Below, one piece after another: positions 1 through 9,951 of a DNA stretch of 64,000 bases. Below the pieces are notes generated by a model. The model was not told the DNA's origin. It ran no database searches and saw nothing but the letters and a program-made list of their open reading frames with translations. The position numbers and the translations under genes are program-made. Source of the stretch: an uncultured Bacilli bacterium (GTDB lineage: Bacteria; Bacillota_I; Bacilli_A; RFN20; CAG-826); NCBI GenBank assembly GCA_944358985.1, contig CALVSI010000003.1:41388-105387 (forward strand), in the 5' to 3' direction. Each line of letters starts with the position of its first letter. Position 1 is the first letter of the stretch.

Positions 1-1840
1 CTTTATTTAATGGATTGAAGTAAACGATTTCATCAATTCTATTTAAAAATTCTGGTTTAAATGTGTGGTGTAATAATTCATTTACTTTATCTTTTTCTCC
101 GTGTAAAAGATATTCGCTGCCAATATTACTTGTCATTATTATGATAGTGTTTTTAAAATCCACTAATCGGCCTTGACTATCAGTCAATCGTCCATCATCA
201 AGAATTTGTAATAGCAAGTTAAATACTTCTGGATGGGCTTTTTCAATTTCGTCAAACAAGACAATTGAATATGGATTTCTTCTAACTTTTTCGGTTAATT
301 GTCCACCTTCTTCATAGCCAACATATCCTGGAGGAGCGCCTATTAATCTAGAGACAGAAAATTTTTCCATATATTCAGACATATCTATTCTTATGATATG
401 AGATTCACTGTCAAATAGGGCTTTCGCTAATGTTTTAGCAACCTCTGTTTTGCCAACACCAGTTGGACCCAAAAACATGAAGGAACCAATTGGTCTATTT
501 TGATCTTTTATACCTGCTCTTTGTCTTAATATCGCATCGCTTACTAAATGCAAAGCATCATCTTGACCAATGACTCTTTTTTGCAATGTTTCAAATAAGT
601 CTAATACCTTTTCTTTATCACCTTTTTTAATTCTTGAAACAGGTATGTTTGTCATCTTTGAAACAATTTTAGCTATTTCTTCTTCATCGACAACTTCTGA
701 CACTAACTTAGAAGCATCTTTATTGTTAACTTCAATTTCATTTAATTCTTTTTCTAATTTTGGAATATATTGATATTGAAGTTTGCTTGCTTTTTCATAA
801 TCGCCTTTGTTATAGGCAATTGATAAATCAAATTTTGCTTGCTCAATATCTTTTTTAAGTTGCTTTGCTTTGTTAATATCTTGTTTTTCTTGTTGCCATT
901 GTTTGGATAATTCTTCTTGTTTAATTTTACAATCATTTAACTCTTTTTCTAATGATTGCAATCTTTTTTTAGATGAATCGTCTTTCTCTTTACTAAGAGC
1001 AAATTTTTCAATTTCTAATTGACGAATTTTTCTATCTATTTCATCTAATTCAGCAGGGGAAGATTCAATTTCAACTTTAATTGAAGCACACGCTTCATCC
1101 ACTAAATCAATAGCTTTATCTGGCAAAAATCTATTTGTAATGTATCTATTAGATAAAGTTACAGCACTGACAAGAGCGGAATCAGTAATTTTAACCCCGT
1201 GATATGATTCAAATCTTTCTTTTAATCCTCTTAAAATAGATATAGAATCTTCAACACTTGGTTCATTAACTAAAACAGGTTGAAATCTTCTTTCAAGTGC
1301 ACGATCTTTTTCAATGTATTCTCGATACTCATTTAATGTTGTTGCGCCTATACAATCTATTTCTCCACGCGCAAGCATTGGTTTTAACATATTAGATGCA
1401 TCCAATGCACCATCTGATTTACCAGCACCAACAATAAGATGAATTTCATCAATGAATAAAATTATTTTTCCTTCTGATTTTTTAATTTTATTTAAAACTG
1501 CTTTTAATCTTTCTTCAAATTCACCACGATATTTTGCACCAGCGACTAATGCACCCATATCTAGTTCATATATTTCTTTTCCTTTTAAAGTATTAGGGAC
1601 ATCTTCTTTAACTATTCGCTGTGCTAAGCCTTCTAGTATTGCAGTTTTACCAACACCAGGTTCGCCAATTAAAATAACGTTGTTTTTGGTTTTACGTGCT
1701 AAAATTTGAATAATTTTTCTGATTTCTTCATCTCGTCCAATTACTGGATCAATTTTGCCACTTTTAACCTCAGCATTTATGTTTCGACCAAACTTTTCTA
1801 AGATATTTTCATCATTTGTATAATCTTGCATTTCTTGCAT
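1..1840 (-). CDS. clpB: ClpB-type AAA+ disaggregase, N-terminal ~613 codons (C-terminus runs off the window start); lacks the usual N-terminal substrate domain
   Basis: Absent from the ORF track because it is open at position 1. Manual reverse translation starts at the ATG on the complement of 1838-1840, with GGAGG 8 nt upstream. It gives [31 protein letters not shown] (Walker A, NBD1), a long coiled-coil middle domain ([27 protein letters not shown]..), GPTGVGKTE (Walker A, NBD2), LFDEIEKAH (Walker B) and ..[20 protein letters not shown] at the window edge. Confidence 0.9.
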   Translation of the reverse strand, partial: MQEMQDYTNDENILEKFGRNINAEVKSGKIDPVIGRDEEIRKIIQILARKTKNNVILIGEPGVGKTAILEGLAQRIVKEDVPNTLKGKEIYELDMGALVAGAKYRGEFEERLKAVLNKIKKSEGKIILFIDEIHLIVGAGKSDGALDASNMLKPMLARGEIDCIGATTLNEYREYIEKDRALERRFQPVLVNEPSVEDSISILRGLKERFESYHGVKITDSALVSAVTLSNRYITNRFLPDKAIDLVDEACASIKVEIESSPAELDEIDRKIRQLEIEKFALSKEKDDSSKKRLQSLEKELNDCKIKQEELSKQWQQEKQDINKAKQLKKDIEQAKFDLSIAYNKGDYEKASKLQYQYIPKLEKELNEIEVNNKDASKLVSEVVDEEEIAKIVSKMTNIPVSRIKKGDKEKVLDLFETLQKRVIGQDDALHLVSDAILRQRAGIKDQNRPIGSFMFLGPTGVGKTEVAKTLAKALFDSESHIIRIDMSEYMEKFSVSRLIGAPPGYVGYEEGGQLTEKVRRNPYSIVLFDEIEKAHPEVFNLLLQILDDGRLTDSQGRLVDFKNTIIIMTSNIGSEYLLHGEKDKVNELLHHTFKPEFLNRIDEIVYFNPLNK

Positions 1841-1887
1841 AAATATCACCTCCTAAATTATTGGACATAATATTTATATACGTAAAA

Positions 1888-1914
1888 TTAGCACTTGTCA
1901 AGTGAGAGTGCTAA
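1888..1914 (-). promoter_or_regulatory. CIRCE operator (HrcA-type inverted repeat) overlapping the clpB promoter
   Basis: TTAGCACTT-N9-GAGTGCTAA at 1888-1914 differs from the consensus TTAGCACTC-N9-GAGTGCTAA at one position. On the clpB strand a TTGACA (complement of 1896-1901) sits inside the spacer. It is 17 nt from TATAAA (complement of 1873-1878), about 30 nt upstream of the clpB ATG. Confidence 0.85.
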
Positions 1915-1916
1915 AA

Positions 1917-2642
1917 TTATTGAATTTTCTTTATCACATCTACTATATTTTCATTGAAAACTAAATCACAAATATTATCATATGGTGTTTTTTGTTTATT
2001 AATTAAAATAATATTTTTTCCTTTAAAATATCTAATTAAGCCACTTGCAGGATAAACATTTAATGATGTTCCAACGATTATCAAAGTTTCACTAGTCATC
2101 ATTGCCGCGATAGCGAGTTGTATGTCATATTCATTTAATCCTTCTTCGTATAAGACTACATCAGGTTTTATAATTCCGTTACATTTATCACATCTTGGTA
2201 TTCCAATTGAATTTTTAACATATTCAGCATCAAAAGATTTATTACAATTCGTACAATAATTTCGATAAATTGATCCATGTAGTTCTATAACATTTGTTGA
2301 ATTAGCTTTTTGATGTAATCCATCGATATTTTGTGTTATGACAATTACTCTTTTATTTTTCTTTTCTAAATTTGCAAAATAATAATGCGCTAAATTTGGT
2401 TTAGCATTTAAAGGCATCATTTTTTCTTTATAATAGTCATAAAATTCTTTTGTGTGATTAATAAAAAAAGAATGAGATATTATTTCTTCTGGAGAAACAT
2501 TGATAGATAATTTTTCGTTGTATAAACCATTTTCGCTTCTAAAATCTTTTATTCCACTTTCGGTAGAAATTCCCGCTCCAGAAAAAAGTATAATTGATTT
2601 ACTTTCATCTATAATTTGTTTTAGTTTTAAATACTTGTCCAT
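1917..2642 (-). CDS. cobB: NAD-dependent protein deacylase, Sir2 family
   Basis: ORF track 1917..2645, whose first codon is TTG; the ATG one codon in (complement of 2640-2642) is preferred. Contains the GAGISTESGIKDFRS NAD-binding motif, the QNIDGLH catalytic motif and a CxxC..CxxC zinc module (CTNCN..CDKCNG). Confidence 0.9.
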   Translation of the reverse strand: MDKYLKLKQIIDESKSIILFSGAGISTESGIKDFRSENGLYNEKLSINVSPEEIISHSFFINHTKEFYDYYKEKMMPLNAKPNLAHYYFANLEKKNKRVIVITQNIDGLHQKANSTNVIELHGSIYRNYCTNCNKSFDAEYVKNSIGIPRCDKCNGIIKPDVVLYEEGLNEYDIQLAIAAMMTSETLIIVGTSLNVYPASGLIRYFKGKNIILINKQKTPYDNICDLVFNENIVDVIKKIQ

Positions 2643-2726
2643 CAAATTTATTATAGTACATTTTTAAAGCAATTTATTATGATGTTAAAAACTTTAAGAA
2701 TATAATAAAAATATGGAGGAAAGAAT

Positions 2727-3107
2727 ATGGAAGATAAATTTTATCGCTGCCCAATATGTGGAAATGTATTTGGTGTAATTCATGATGGTGGAGTAAGACC
2801 TATTTGTTGTGGTAAACCCATGGAAGAAATTAAAGCCAATAGTGTTGACGCCGCTAAAGAAAAACACGTTCCACATGTTGAATTAAGTGAAGGCACTTGT
2901 TTAGTTAAAGTAGGTGAAGTAGCCCATCCAATGACTGAAGAGCATTATATTGATTGGGTTATGATTCATACTAGTTTAGGTCGTCATCGTTTTGTTTTAA
3001 AACCAAACGAAAATCCAGAAGTTACATTAAACTTATCCATGGGAGAAAAAGTCTTAAAAGTTTATGCCCATTGTAATCTACATGGCCTCTGGGTTAAAGA
3101 ATTATAA
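2727..3107 (+). CDS. dfx: Desulfoferrodoxin (two-iron superoxide reductase)
   Basis: 126 aa. The N-terminal desulforedoxin-like Cys cluster is CPICG..CCG. The C-terminal SOR centre ligand pattern is present (KHVPH, HPMTEEHYI, HCNLHG). GGAGG lies 8 nt upstream of the ATG. Confidence 0.85.
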   Translation: MEDKFYRCPICGNVFGVIHDGGVRPICCGKPMEEIKANSVDAAKEKHVPHVELSEGTCLVKVGEVAHPMTEEHYIDWVMIHTSLGRHRFVLKPNENPEVTLNLSMGEKVLKVYAHCNLHGLWVKEL

Positions 3108-3121
3108 TTTAAAAACAATGT

Positions 3122-3150
3122 AAAAAGTGGTGATTTGCCACTTTTTCTTT
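3122..3150 (+). terminator. Rho-independent terminator after dfx
   Basis: Stem AAAAGTGG (3123-3130) pairs with CCACTTTT (3138-3145) around a 7-nt loop, and a T-run follows. Confidence 0.65.
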
Positions 3151-3216
3151 ATGACTTGCACAATATTTTACTAACTCTTTAAAGTATAGTGAAATTATTG
3201 TATTATAATTTTGTTT

Positions 3217-5277
3217 ATGAGCAACTACCGGTTTGGTCTAACAACTATTGGTTTCTGGTTGATACTTATTTTAAATGTCGTATTATTTGAAGGCATTAAT
3301 TTTTTTGCTAATACACCTTCAACAAGATTTGGCACTAGCGAATTAATACTTGTTTCCTTATTAGTTGCTATTCCTGCTTTGATTTATTACATAATTGAAA
3401 AACGAAAAAACAAAGCAAAAATTGGATGGGGAATATTTCCAATTTTTATCATATTTTTATTTTGCGGATTATTCGGTATTTGGTTTAGCCAATCATCATA
3501 CACTATCGATGGAGTAACGTTTGATTATAATGTAGATTTATTTCAAAAACTTTCTTGGACAATAGAGTTTACTATTGGATTAACTGTGATGTACTTAGCT
3601 TTTGCAATTTTCTCAAAAAGAATTTTAAGAGTTAAATCTTTGCGATTTATTTTATGGCTAATAGTTTTAGCAGGAATCTTTTGTATACTTTATTCTCTTG
3701 CCACTGAATTTTCTTCTTATCAAGCTATATTTTTAGGCGAAAAAGAAAATATTATGTCAATTAAATCTTTATTTATGAATGAAAATTCTTTTGGACAAAT
3801 GCTTTTATTATCTTTTTTTGCAGTGATGATGATAGACGCTATTAAATGTAAGTGGTGGCATTTTATTTTCTTCTTTATTCTTTATGCAGGATTAATATTC
3901 ACGACATCGTATACTTCTTTATTAGTTGCTTCACTTGGTTTTACATTCTATATCATTTATTTATTTTTCAAGAGTATAAAAAAACATCCATATCGAAACA
4001 CAATTTTACTTTCAATTTATTCTACTTTAATTGTCGGTGTAATTTGTTCATTTTGTTTTTTGGACTTGAGTAATGTAGAATTTGTTCAAAATTTAAAAGA
4101 ATTTATAATAGACAGGATTTTAGATAAAGATTATCAAACTTTTACTGGCCGTGTACAAATCTGGGAACGTGCTATGTCGATGTTGCAGACGCCTTTAGAT
4201 TTTGCCTTTGGTAAAGGATATGGTAATTTTACACAACTTTATCATGATTATACTTTTGCATTAAAAGGCATTGATCTTTATCACGTTGACTCGACATATG
4301 TCTACATCATTGGTTCATATGGTATTCTTGGTTTATTAACATACGCAAGTGGTATTTTTGCATTAATTGTGATTGCCTTTTATTGCATGGCTAAAAAAAG
4401 AGTTTTTATTACTATGCCGGCTTTAATAATTTTAATTTCATTATTAGTTTATGATGGATTTGAAACATATGTTCTTTTTATGCCAAACACTATCGGTACA
4501 ATTTCTTTCATTTTAATAGCTCTTCCAATTTTGATTGAATTTAATCATGTTAGAAAAGTACCATACATTGAATCATCTTTGATGACTAATAACAACCACT
4601 TAAATGTTATTAATTTTTCTAGCAAGATGATTATTCAATTATCATCTATAATTCTTTCTTGCTTGCTATTGATGTGTACAATTAACTTTGTATTTCTTAG
4701 CAAAAACTTACTTGTAAACACATTTGTATTTGTTGTTTTATTATTATCTTATCTTTTACTACCATATCTAATCGCTATGTGGTACAAATCTACTTCCCAT
4801 CGTGTAAGTGTATCTCGAGCAACGATTTTAACTTTGATATTATTTTTGATTCCAGTTATTCCTGCTGTTTCAATCGGGGCTTTTGTAAATGGTTCAATCG
4901 AATTATATTTGATGATTTATGTAATTGTTTTTGCGATTATTTTATCTATTGAATTAGTGTTCACATTAGTGTTGCAATCTAACGCTAAAGAATTTGCAAT
5001 GCTCATATTGAAGTATACAATTCGTCCGACCATCATATATTTTGGTTTATTCTTGTTTATCTTTATTCCAACATTTTATGTTATGAATTTAACATTTGAT
5101 TTTTCAATTATTGCTTTATCATCAATTTTAATTTTGATAGGTTTATTGTATTTATTATCTTTGTATTTCTTACCAAATTTAAAATCAGTTAGATTGTCCA
5201 ATCATATAATTGTTGAACAATTAAATAACCGCTACTTATTGAAACAAAAAATGGTGTTTGTTTTGAATAAAATTTAA
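3217..5277 (+). CDS. O-antigen ligase/polymerase family (Wzy_C-like) polytopic membrane protein with a long extra C-terminal multi-TM region
   Basis: ORF track 3211..5277 starts at TTG; the ATG at 3217 is preferred. More than 15 hydrophobic segments. Family-like motifs are FTTSYTSLLVASLG, FTGRVQIWERAMSMLQTPLDFAFGKGYGNF and YHVDSTYVYIIGSYGILGLL. No SD is visible. TATAAT at 3204-3209 ends 7 nt before the ATG, so the mRNA may be leaderless. Confidence 0.6.
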   Translation: MSNYRFGLTTIGFWLILILNVVLFEGINFFANTPSTRFGTSELILVSLLVAIPALIYYIIEKRKNKAKIGWGIFPIFIIFLFCGLFGIWFSQSSYTIDGVTFDYNVDLFQKLSWTIEFTIGLTVMYLAFAIFSKRILRVKSLRFILWLIVLAGIFCILYSLATEFSSYQAIFLGEKENIMSIKSLFMNENSFGQMLLLSFFAVMMIDAIKCKWWHFIFFFILYAGLIFTTSYTSLLVASLGFTFYIIYLFFKSIKKHPYRNTILLSIYSTLIVGVICSFCFLDLSNVEFVQNLKEFIIDRILDKDYQTFTGRVQIWERAMSMLQTPLDFAFGKGYGNFTQLYHDYTFALKGIDLYHVDSTYVYIIGSYGILGLLTYASGIFALIVIAFYCMAKKRVFITMPALIILISLLVYDGFETYVLFMPNTIGTISFILIALPILIEFNHVRKVPYIESSLMTNNNHLNVINFSSKMIIQLSSIILSCLLLMCTINFVFLSKNLLVNTFVFVVLLLSYLLLPYLIAMWYKSTSHRVSVSRATILTLILFLIPVIPAVSIGAFVNGSIELYLMIYVIVFAIILSIELVFTLVLQSNAKEFAMLILKYTIRPTIIYFGLFLFIFIPTFYVMNLTFDFSIIALSSILILIGLLYLLSLYFLPNLKSVRLSNHIIVEQLNNRYLLKQKMVFVLNKI

Positions 5278-5463
5278 AAAATTATAGTAAAAACGCTAAA
5301 TTTGTAGCGACAGTAAAAGGTTTTTCAAATATTTTATTAATGTCTAGATAACTAATTAACTTAGCGTTATAATTATTATGTAATTATGGGCGATTATTGT
5401 TTAACGCCTTAAATACATTAGATAATTTCTATTTAAATCACAACTAAAAGGGGGATTTGATTT

Positions 5464-7260
5464 ATGATGAAATTTAAAAAGTCCTACGCTTTCCTTTTTG
5501 CAGGAGTTTTAGCATTGTCTGTCGGCGCAGGATTATTACACACCATGCCTGAAACCTCACCAGTTAAGGCTGCGACAACAACCACCGATACTATTGTTGT
5601 TAGTGATACAAATGCAACTGGTAGTAGTTACGTAGAATTTTCTGGAGTAACCAAAGAATCTGGTGCTGTGTATGCAGGAGAAAACGCAAAAAATAGCAAT
5701 AGTATACAATTGCGTTCAAGCAAAAGTTCATCTGGAATTGTCTCAACAACTTCGGGTGGTTATATTAGAGAAGTATCTGCAACCTGGGCTTCTAATACTG
5801 ACGCCGCAAGAACTTTAGATGTCTATGGCTCTAATGTTGCATTTACAAAAGCCACCGAACTTTATAACGTTGCTGATACAGTGACAAAATTAGGAAGCAT
5901 TAAATATTCCGCTACTCCTAATTCATTACAAATAACTGGTGATTATCAATATGTTGGTGTTCGTTCAAATAGCGGAGCATTATATCTAGAGTCATTAAGT
6001 TTCACTTGGGAATCCGCTACTTCTGATCCAACTGTTAATATTATTGGAACAACAGAAGGAACTGCCGAGTCAAGTCTTACATTAGAAGCTTCTGCTAGTA
6101 ACTTTACTGGTTCAACCTTGACATATAATTGGACTGTTTTAGAAGAAGATATGGAACTTGTATCATTAGAAAACGAAACAACTAGTGCTGTTAAAGTTAA
6201 CTTATTAAAATCTGGTGTCGCAACAATTAATCTTACAGTAACTGATGAAAATGAAAATACTGCTAGTAAATCAGTTGATGTTACTATTCACGATGTTATT
6301 AGCGTTGCTGAAGCCAAAAAGTTAAGCAGCGGTACTGCATATGTCAAAGGTATCGTTTATGCGTTATATGGCTCCCCATATATTGCTGATGCTGATGGTA
6401 CAGGTATGCAACTATATGCAGGATATGGTGCTACATTAAATTGCAAAGTTGGCGATGAAATTATTGTTAAAGGTACGATTAGTGTTTTTAACGATGCAGT
6501 TCAACTTGGAAGCCCAGTCATTTTAGAAACTGTTAGTACTGGCAAAACTGTTACTCCTAAAACCGTTACTTATGATGAATTAAATGATGATTTATTAAGT
6601 GACTACATCGCTATTGAAAATATGGTATGGCATAGTGGAAAACCAACTGTTGGTTCAAACTCCAATATCGAATTCTATTCAAATGGTGATTCTTCAAAAA
6701 AATTCGTTTTGTATAGTCATAAAAATAATAGTGCTGATTACATTGCCTCATTAAATACCGCAATGACCGATTGGCAAGAAGATGTAACTACTGTTACCCT
6801 TACTGGTGTATATGCAAAATATAATCAAACTTTAGAAATTAACTTAACAAGTGCAACAACTTATGAAGTTGATAAAGTTGAAACATTTGCACGTTCATTC
6901 TTAGCGAATTTAACTTGTGATCCTGATGGTGTAACCGCTCCAAATACTGAAGAATGGAATGCTTTAGCAGCAGAATTTGCTTTATTATCAGAAGAAGAAA
7001 AAACTGTGTTCACCACTGGTGAAGGTGCATCACAAGTTGTTAATGAAGCAATCGCAAAATATGACTATGTCATGGATAAATATGGCGACAGCACATATAC
7101 TAATTTCATGAACAGAACATTAACAGAAAATGTTAATGATATCGTTCCAGCTGTGGATCAAACAAATAACATTATTATTATCGTTTCTGTTTGTGTCTTA
7201 GCGTTATCCGCTATCGCAGTATTTGTTATCATCTATCGTCGTAAAAGACTCTCAAAATAG
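5464..7260 (+). CDS. Secreted surface protein with C-terminal TM anchor; unknown N-terminal domain, Ig-like domain, tandem OB-like module
   Basis: 598 aa with a GGGGGA SD. Signal peptide is MMKFKKSYAFLFAGVLALSVGAG..VKA. The Ig-like segment is TLTYNWTVLEE..ATINLTVTDENENTASKSVDVTIH. The OB-like pattern is AYVKGIVYALYG..GMQLYAG..VGDEIIVKGTISVFNDAVQL. The C-terminal anchor is IIIIVSVCVLALSAIAVFVIIYRRKRLSK. Confidence 0.6.
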   Translation: MMKFKKSYAFLFAGVLALSVGAGLLHTMPETSPVKAATTTTDTIVVSDTNATGSSYVEFSGVTKESGAVYAGENAKNSNSIQLRSSKSSSGIVSTTSGGYIREVSATWASNTDAARTLDVYGSNVAFTKATELYNVADTVTKLGSIKYSATPNSLQITGDYQYVGVRSNSGALYLESLSFTWESATSDPTVNIIGTTEGTAESSLTLEASASNFTGSTLTYNWTVLEEDMELVSLENETTSAVKVNLLKSGVATINLTVTDENENTASKSVDVTIHDVISVAEAKKLSSGTAYVKGIVYALYGSPYIADADGTGMQLYAGYGATLNCKVGDEIIVKGTISVFNDAVQLGSPVILETVSTGKTVTPKTVTYDELNDDLLSDYIAIENMVWHSGKPTVGSNSNIEFYSNGDSSKKFVLYSHKNNSADYIASLNTAMTDWQEDVTTVTLTGVYAKYNQTLEINLTSATTYEVDKVETFARSFLANLTCDPDGVTAPNTEEWNALAAEFALLSEEEKTVFTTGEGASQVVNEAIAKYDYVMDKYGDSTYTNFMNRTLTENVNDIVPAVDQTNNIIIIVSVCVLALSAIAVFVIIYRRKRLSK

Positions 7261-7286
7261 AGATTTAGATAGTAAACAAAATTAAT

Positions 7287-7313
7287 AAAGACTGGCGTTT
7301 TGCCAGTCTTTTT
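7287..7313. terminator. Bidirectional terminator between convergent surface-protein gene and smpB
   Basis: Stem AGACTGGC (7289-7296) pairs with GCCAGTCT (7302-7309) around a 5-nt loop. It is A-rich on the 5' side and T-rich on the 3' side. Confidence 0.75.
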
Positions 7314-7332
7314 ATATGTTGTTTAATAGTTT

Positions 7333-7794
7333 TTAGTATTGTTTTAATTTAAGTTGTATATCTTTATTTATTGATTTTTGTTTTAAATCTTCTCGCTTAT
7401 CGTAAAGTTTTTTGCCTTTTCCTAAGGCTATTTCCAATTTGCACCTTCCATCTTTTAAATATAATTTTGTTGGTATAATTGTATAGCCTTGTTTAATAGA
7501 TTTTTGTTCATATTTTAATATTTGTTTTTTATGCAATAATAATTTTCTATCTCTTAATGGATCGTGATTAAAAATATTCCCTTTATCATATAAAGAAATA
7601 TTCATATTAATGATATATGCCTGATTATTTCTTATCATGATGTAAGCGTCATCAATAGATACTTTATTTAATCTAATAGATTTAATTTCTGTGCCTTTTA
7701 ATTCAATTCCACATTCTATTGGTTCTTCAATAAAATAATTAAATGAAGCTTTTTTATTTTTGCAAATGATTTTATAAGCATTTTTTTCTTTCAT
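7333..7794 (-). CDS. smpB: SsrA-binding protein SmpB
   Basis: 153 aa. It shows a typical SmpB sequence (NKKASFNY..IECGIELKGTEIKS.., DPLRDRKLLLHKKQI, KLEIALGKGKKLYDKRED). Confidence 0.95.
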   Translation of the reverse strand: MKEKNAYKIICKNKKASFNYFIEEPIECGIELKGTEIKSIRLNKVSIDDAYIMIRNNQAYIINMNISLYDKGNIFNHDPLRDRKLLLHKKQILKYEQKSIKQGYTIIPTKLYLKDGRCKLEIALGKGKKLYDKREDLKQKSINKDIQLKLKQY

Positions 7795-7925
7795 AAATAT
7801 ATTATCCTATAAAAATATATAAAAAGTATTTAGAAAAATAAATATCAAAATGATTATTATGATTTGTTATATTTATATTTTATTAATTACTTTACATATT
7901 TTTTTAAAATGATAAATTATTATCT

Positions 7926-9158
7926 ATGATAACTAATTTAAATGATTTAAATAATTATTTAATAACATTAAGAAAAGGTGATTATCAAAGATATAATTTT
8001 GATAATTTTTTGGAAAAAGTTAAATTTGAATATAACATTCCTTCTATTCATATAAGCGGCACTAATGGGAAAGGCAGTGTTGGAAATTATTTAAAAAACA
8101 TATATCTAGCAAAAGGATATAATGTTGGATATTTTCATTCACCATATTATAAAAGCATGCTAGAAATGATTTTATTAAATAATGAAGCAATTAAATTAGA
8201 TTATATCGATAAGATAATTTCTAAATATGATAAATATATTAAAAAATTTGATTTATCTGAATTTGAATTAGAAACATTTATCGCTTTAAATTATTTTAAA
8301 GATAATAATGTTGATATCGCTATTATTGAATGTGGAATGGGTGGGGAAGATGACGCTACTAACATATTCATTCCTAAATTATCTATAATTACTTCTATTT
8401 CTCTTGAACATACAATGTTTCTAGGCTCATCAATAACAGAAATTGCCAAAGCAAAATCTGGAATTATTAAAAGCGAAGTTGATGTAGTAATTGGCAAATT
8501 AAATGAGGAAGCTATTCAAGTTATTTATCAAGTTGCATTGCAAAATAAATCGAGTGTCTATCAAGTAGACAATTATTTTAATGAAAGATTAACTGATAAC
8601 GGTTATATGTTTGATACTATCAAGTACCATGATTTATTAATTAAATCCTTTGCAAAATATTCAATTGAAGACGCTATGATTGCTCTTAAAGCAGTTGAAA
8701 GATTAAATGAAATTTTACCCATTGATGAAGAAAGTATTAAAAAAGGTTTAAATAAATCACAGTTGCTTGGAAGGATGACGATAATTAATAAATCTCCTTT
8801 GAGCATTGTTGATGGAGCACATAATCCAGAAGCTATCACTTCTTTATGCGAATCAATTAACGCCTTAAATAAAGAAAATTTGAAAATTCATGTAATTTTT
8901 GCAGCGTTTTTAGATAAAAACATTCAAAATATGTTGTCTAGTTTAAATTTTATTTCTGATGATATTTATTTAACTACTTTCCCTCATATTAGGGCTAGAA
9001 AAGAAGAAGATTATCTTTTATATTTACAAGATTATTCTTACCAAGAAAATCCATTGGAGTTATACGAAAAATTAAAAAGTGAATTTTCCAATGATTTAAT
9101 ATTAATATGTGGGAGTTTAGCTTTTGCATTTTATATGATTGACAAGACAAGAGGTTAA
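7926..9158 (+). CDS. folC: Folylpolyglutamate synthase / dihydrofolate synthase family (Mur ligase fold)
   Basis: 410 aa. Contains the ATP-binding loop HISGTNGKGSV, the motifs IIECGMGGEDDATN and VDGAHNPEA, and has folT immediately downstream. Confidence 0.85.
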   Translation: MITNLNDLNNYLITLRKGDYQRYNFDNFLEKVKFEYNIPSIHISGTNGKGSVGNYLKNIYLAKGYNVGYFHSPYYKSMLEMILLNNEAIKLDYIDKIISKYDKYIKKFDLSEFELETFIALNYFKDNNVDIAIIECGMGGEDDATNIFIPKLSIITSISLEHTMFLGSSITEIAKAKSGIIKSEVDVVIGKLNEEAIQVIYQVALQNKSSVYQVDNYFNERLTDNGYMFDTIKYHDLLIKSFAKYSIEDAMIALKAVERLNEILPIDEESIKKGLNKSQLLGRMTIINKSPLSIVDGAHNPEAITSLCESINALNKENLKIHVIFAAFLDKNIQNMLSSLNFISDDIYLTTFPHIRARKEEDYLLYLQDYSYQENPLELYEKLKSEFSNDLILICGSLAFAFYMIDKTRG

Positions 9159-9162
9159 TAAC

Positions 9163-9951
9163 ATGAAAACTTATTCACTATGGAAAGGATATAATTTCAG
9201 CGTAATTCAAAAAATTGCTTTAGGAGGTTTATTTATTGCTCTTGCTTGCATATTAAACAAAGTTTTAGCAATTAATTATATAAGTGCAGTGCCATTTGTT
9301 AGAATCTCTTTTGGTGGTATTGCGATTATTATATTTGCATCTTATTTACTTGGTCCAATTTATGGAATGTTGATAGGGGGGCTTTCTGATATTCTTGGAT
9401 ATTTTATATTCGATATAAAAGCTTATCCATGGTTTCCTACAATTACACTTACTTATGTTTTACTTGGTTTTTGTGCACCAATCTTAATATATTTTGTTAA
9501 AAAAATAAAAAATGTAAATGTTTTAAGAATTATTACATATAGTTCAATGTTTACCTTTTTATTATTGACATCTTTATATTTAATAATATGCGATAAAGCA
9601 ATTATCTTTGAAAATGTATATACTATAGATCTTTGGATTAAAATACTATTTCCAACATTATCTTTGTTTTTATATATTGCGATGATTGTTATTTGCGAAC
9701 TTCTTTATAAAAAGCAAAAACAATCCGCTGTTCAAATCGATATTAATATTTTTCAATTAGTGTTTGTTTGTTTTATTTTAGATGTTTTTATAATAACTTT
9801 ATTTGGATCTTTAATGAAGGCGATCGCCTTTGGCTTAGACTTATTTTTAATAATCTTGTTTTGCCAAGTACTAACAATGTTTTTTAATGTCACATTTAAT
9901 ATAATTGTCTTAAATTTGCTTTTAAAAGTTGGAAAAAAATATTATCAATAG
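9163..9951 (+). CDS. folT: ECF-transporter S component, folate-family-like
   Basis: ORF track 9139..9951 starts at TTG; the ATG at 9163 with AGAGG 9 nt upstream is preferred. About 6 TM segments. The N-terminal KIALGGLFIALACILNKV and FGGIAIIIFASYLLGPIYGMLIGGLSDILGYF resemble ECF S-components. It is adjacent to folC. Substrate assignment rests on context only. Confidence 0.55.
   Translation: MKTYSLWKGYNFSVIQKIALGGLFIALACILNKVLAINYISAVPFVRISFGGIAIIIFASYLLGPIYGMLIGGLSDILGYFIFDIKAYPWFPTITLTYVLLGFCAPILIYFVKKIKNVNVLRIITYSSMFTFLLLTSLYLIICDKAIIFENVYTIDLWIKILFPTLSLFLYIAMIVICELLYKKQKQSAVQIDINIFQLVFVCFILDVFIITLFGSLMKAIAFGLDLFLIILFCQVLTMFFNVTFNIIVLNLLLKVGKKYYQ

Noticed and set aside
570-1709. Track ORFs 570..773(+), 754..936(-) and 1452..1709(+) inside the first 1.8 kb
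   Set aside because: All three lie within or antisense to the clpB reading frame, which the track missed because it is open at the window edge. Their low-complexity, motif-free translations mark them as shadow ORFs.
7261-7925. tmRNA (ssrA) next to smpB, or a THF riboswitch upstream of folC-folT
   Set aside because: The flanks of smpB are short (72 and 131 bp) and extremely AT-rich. They show no tRNA-like acceptor/T-arm and no pseudoknotted GC-rich core.
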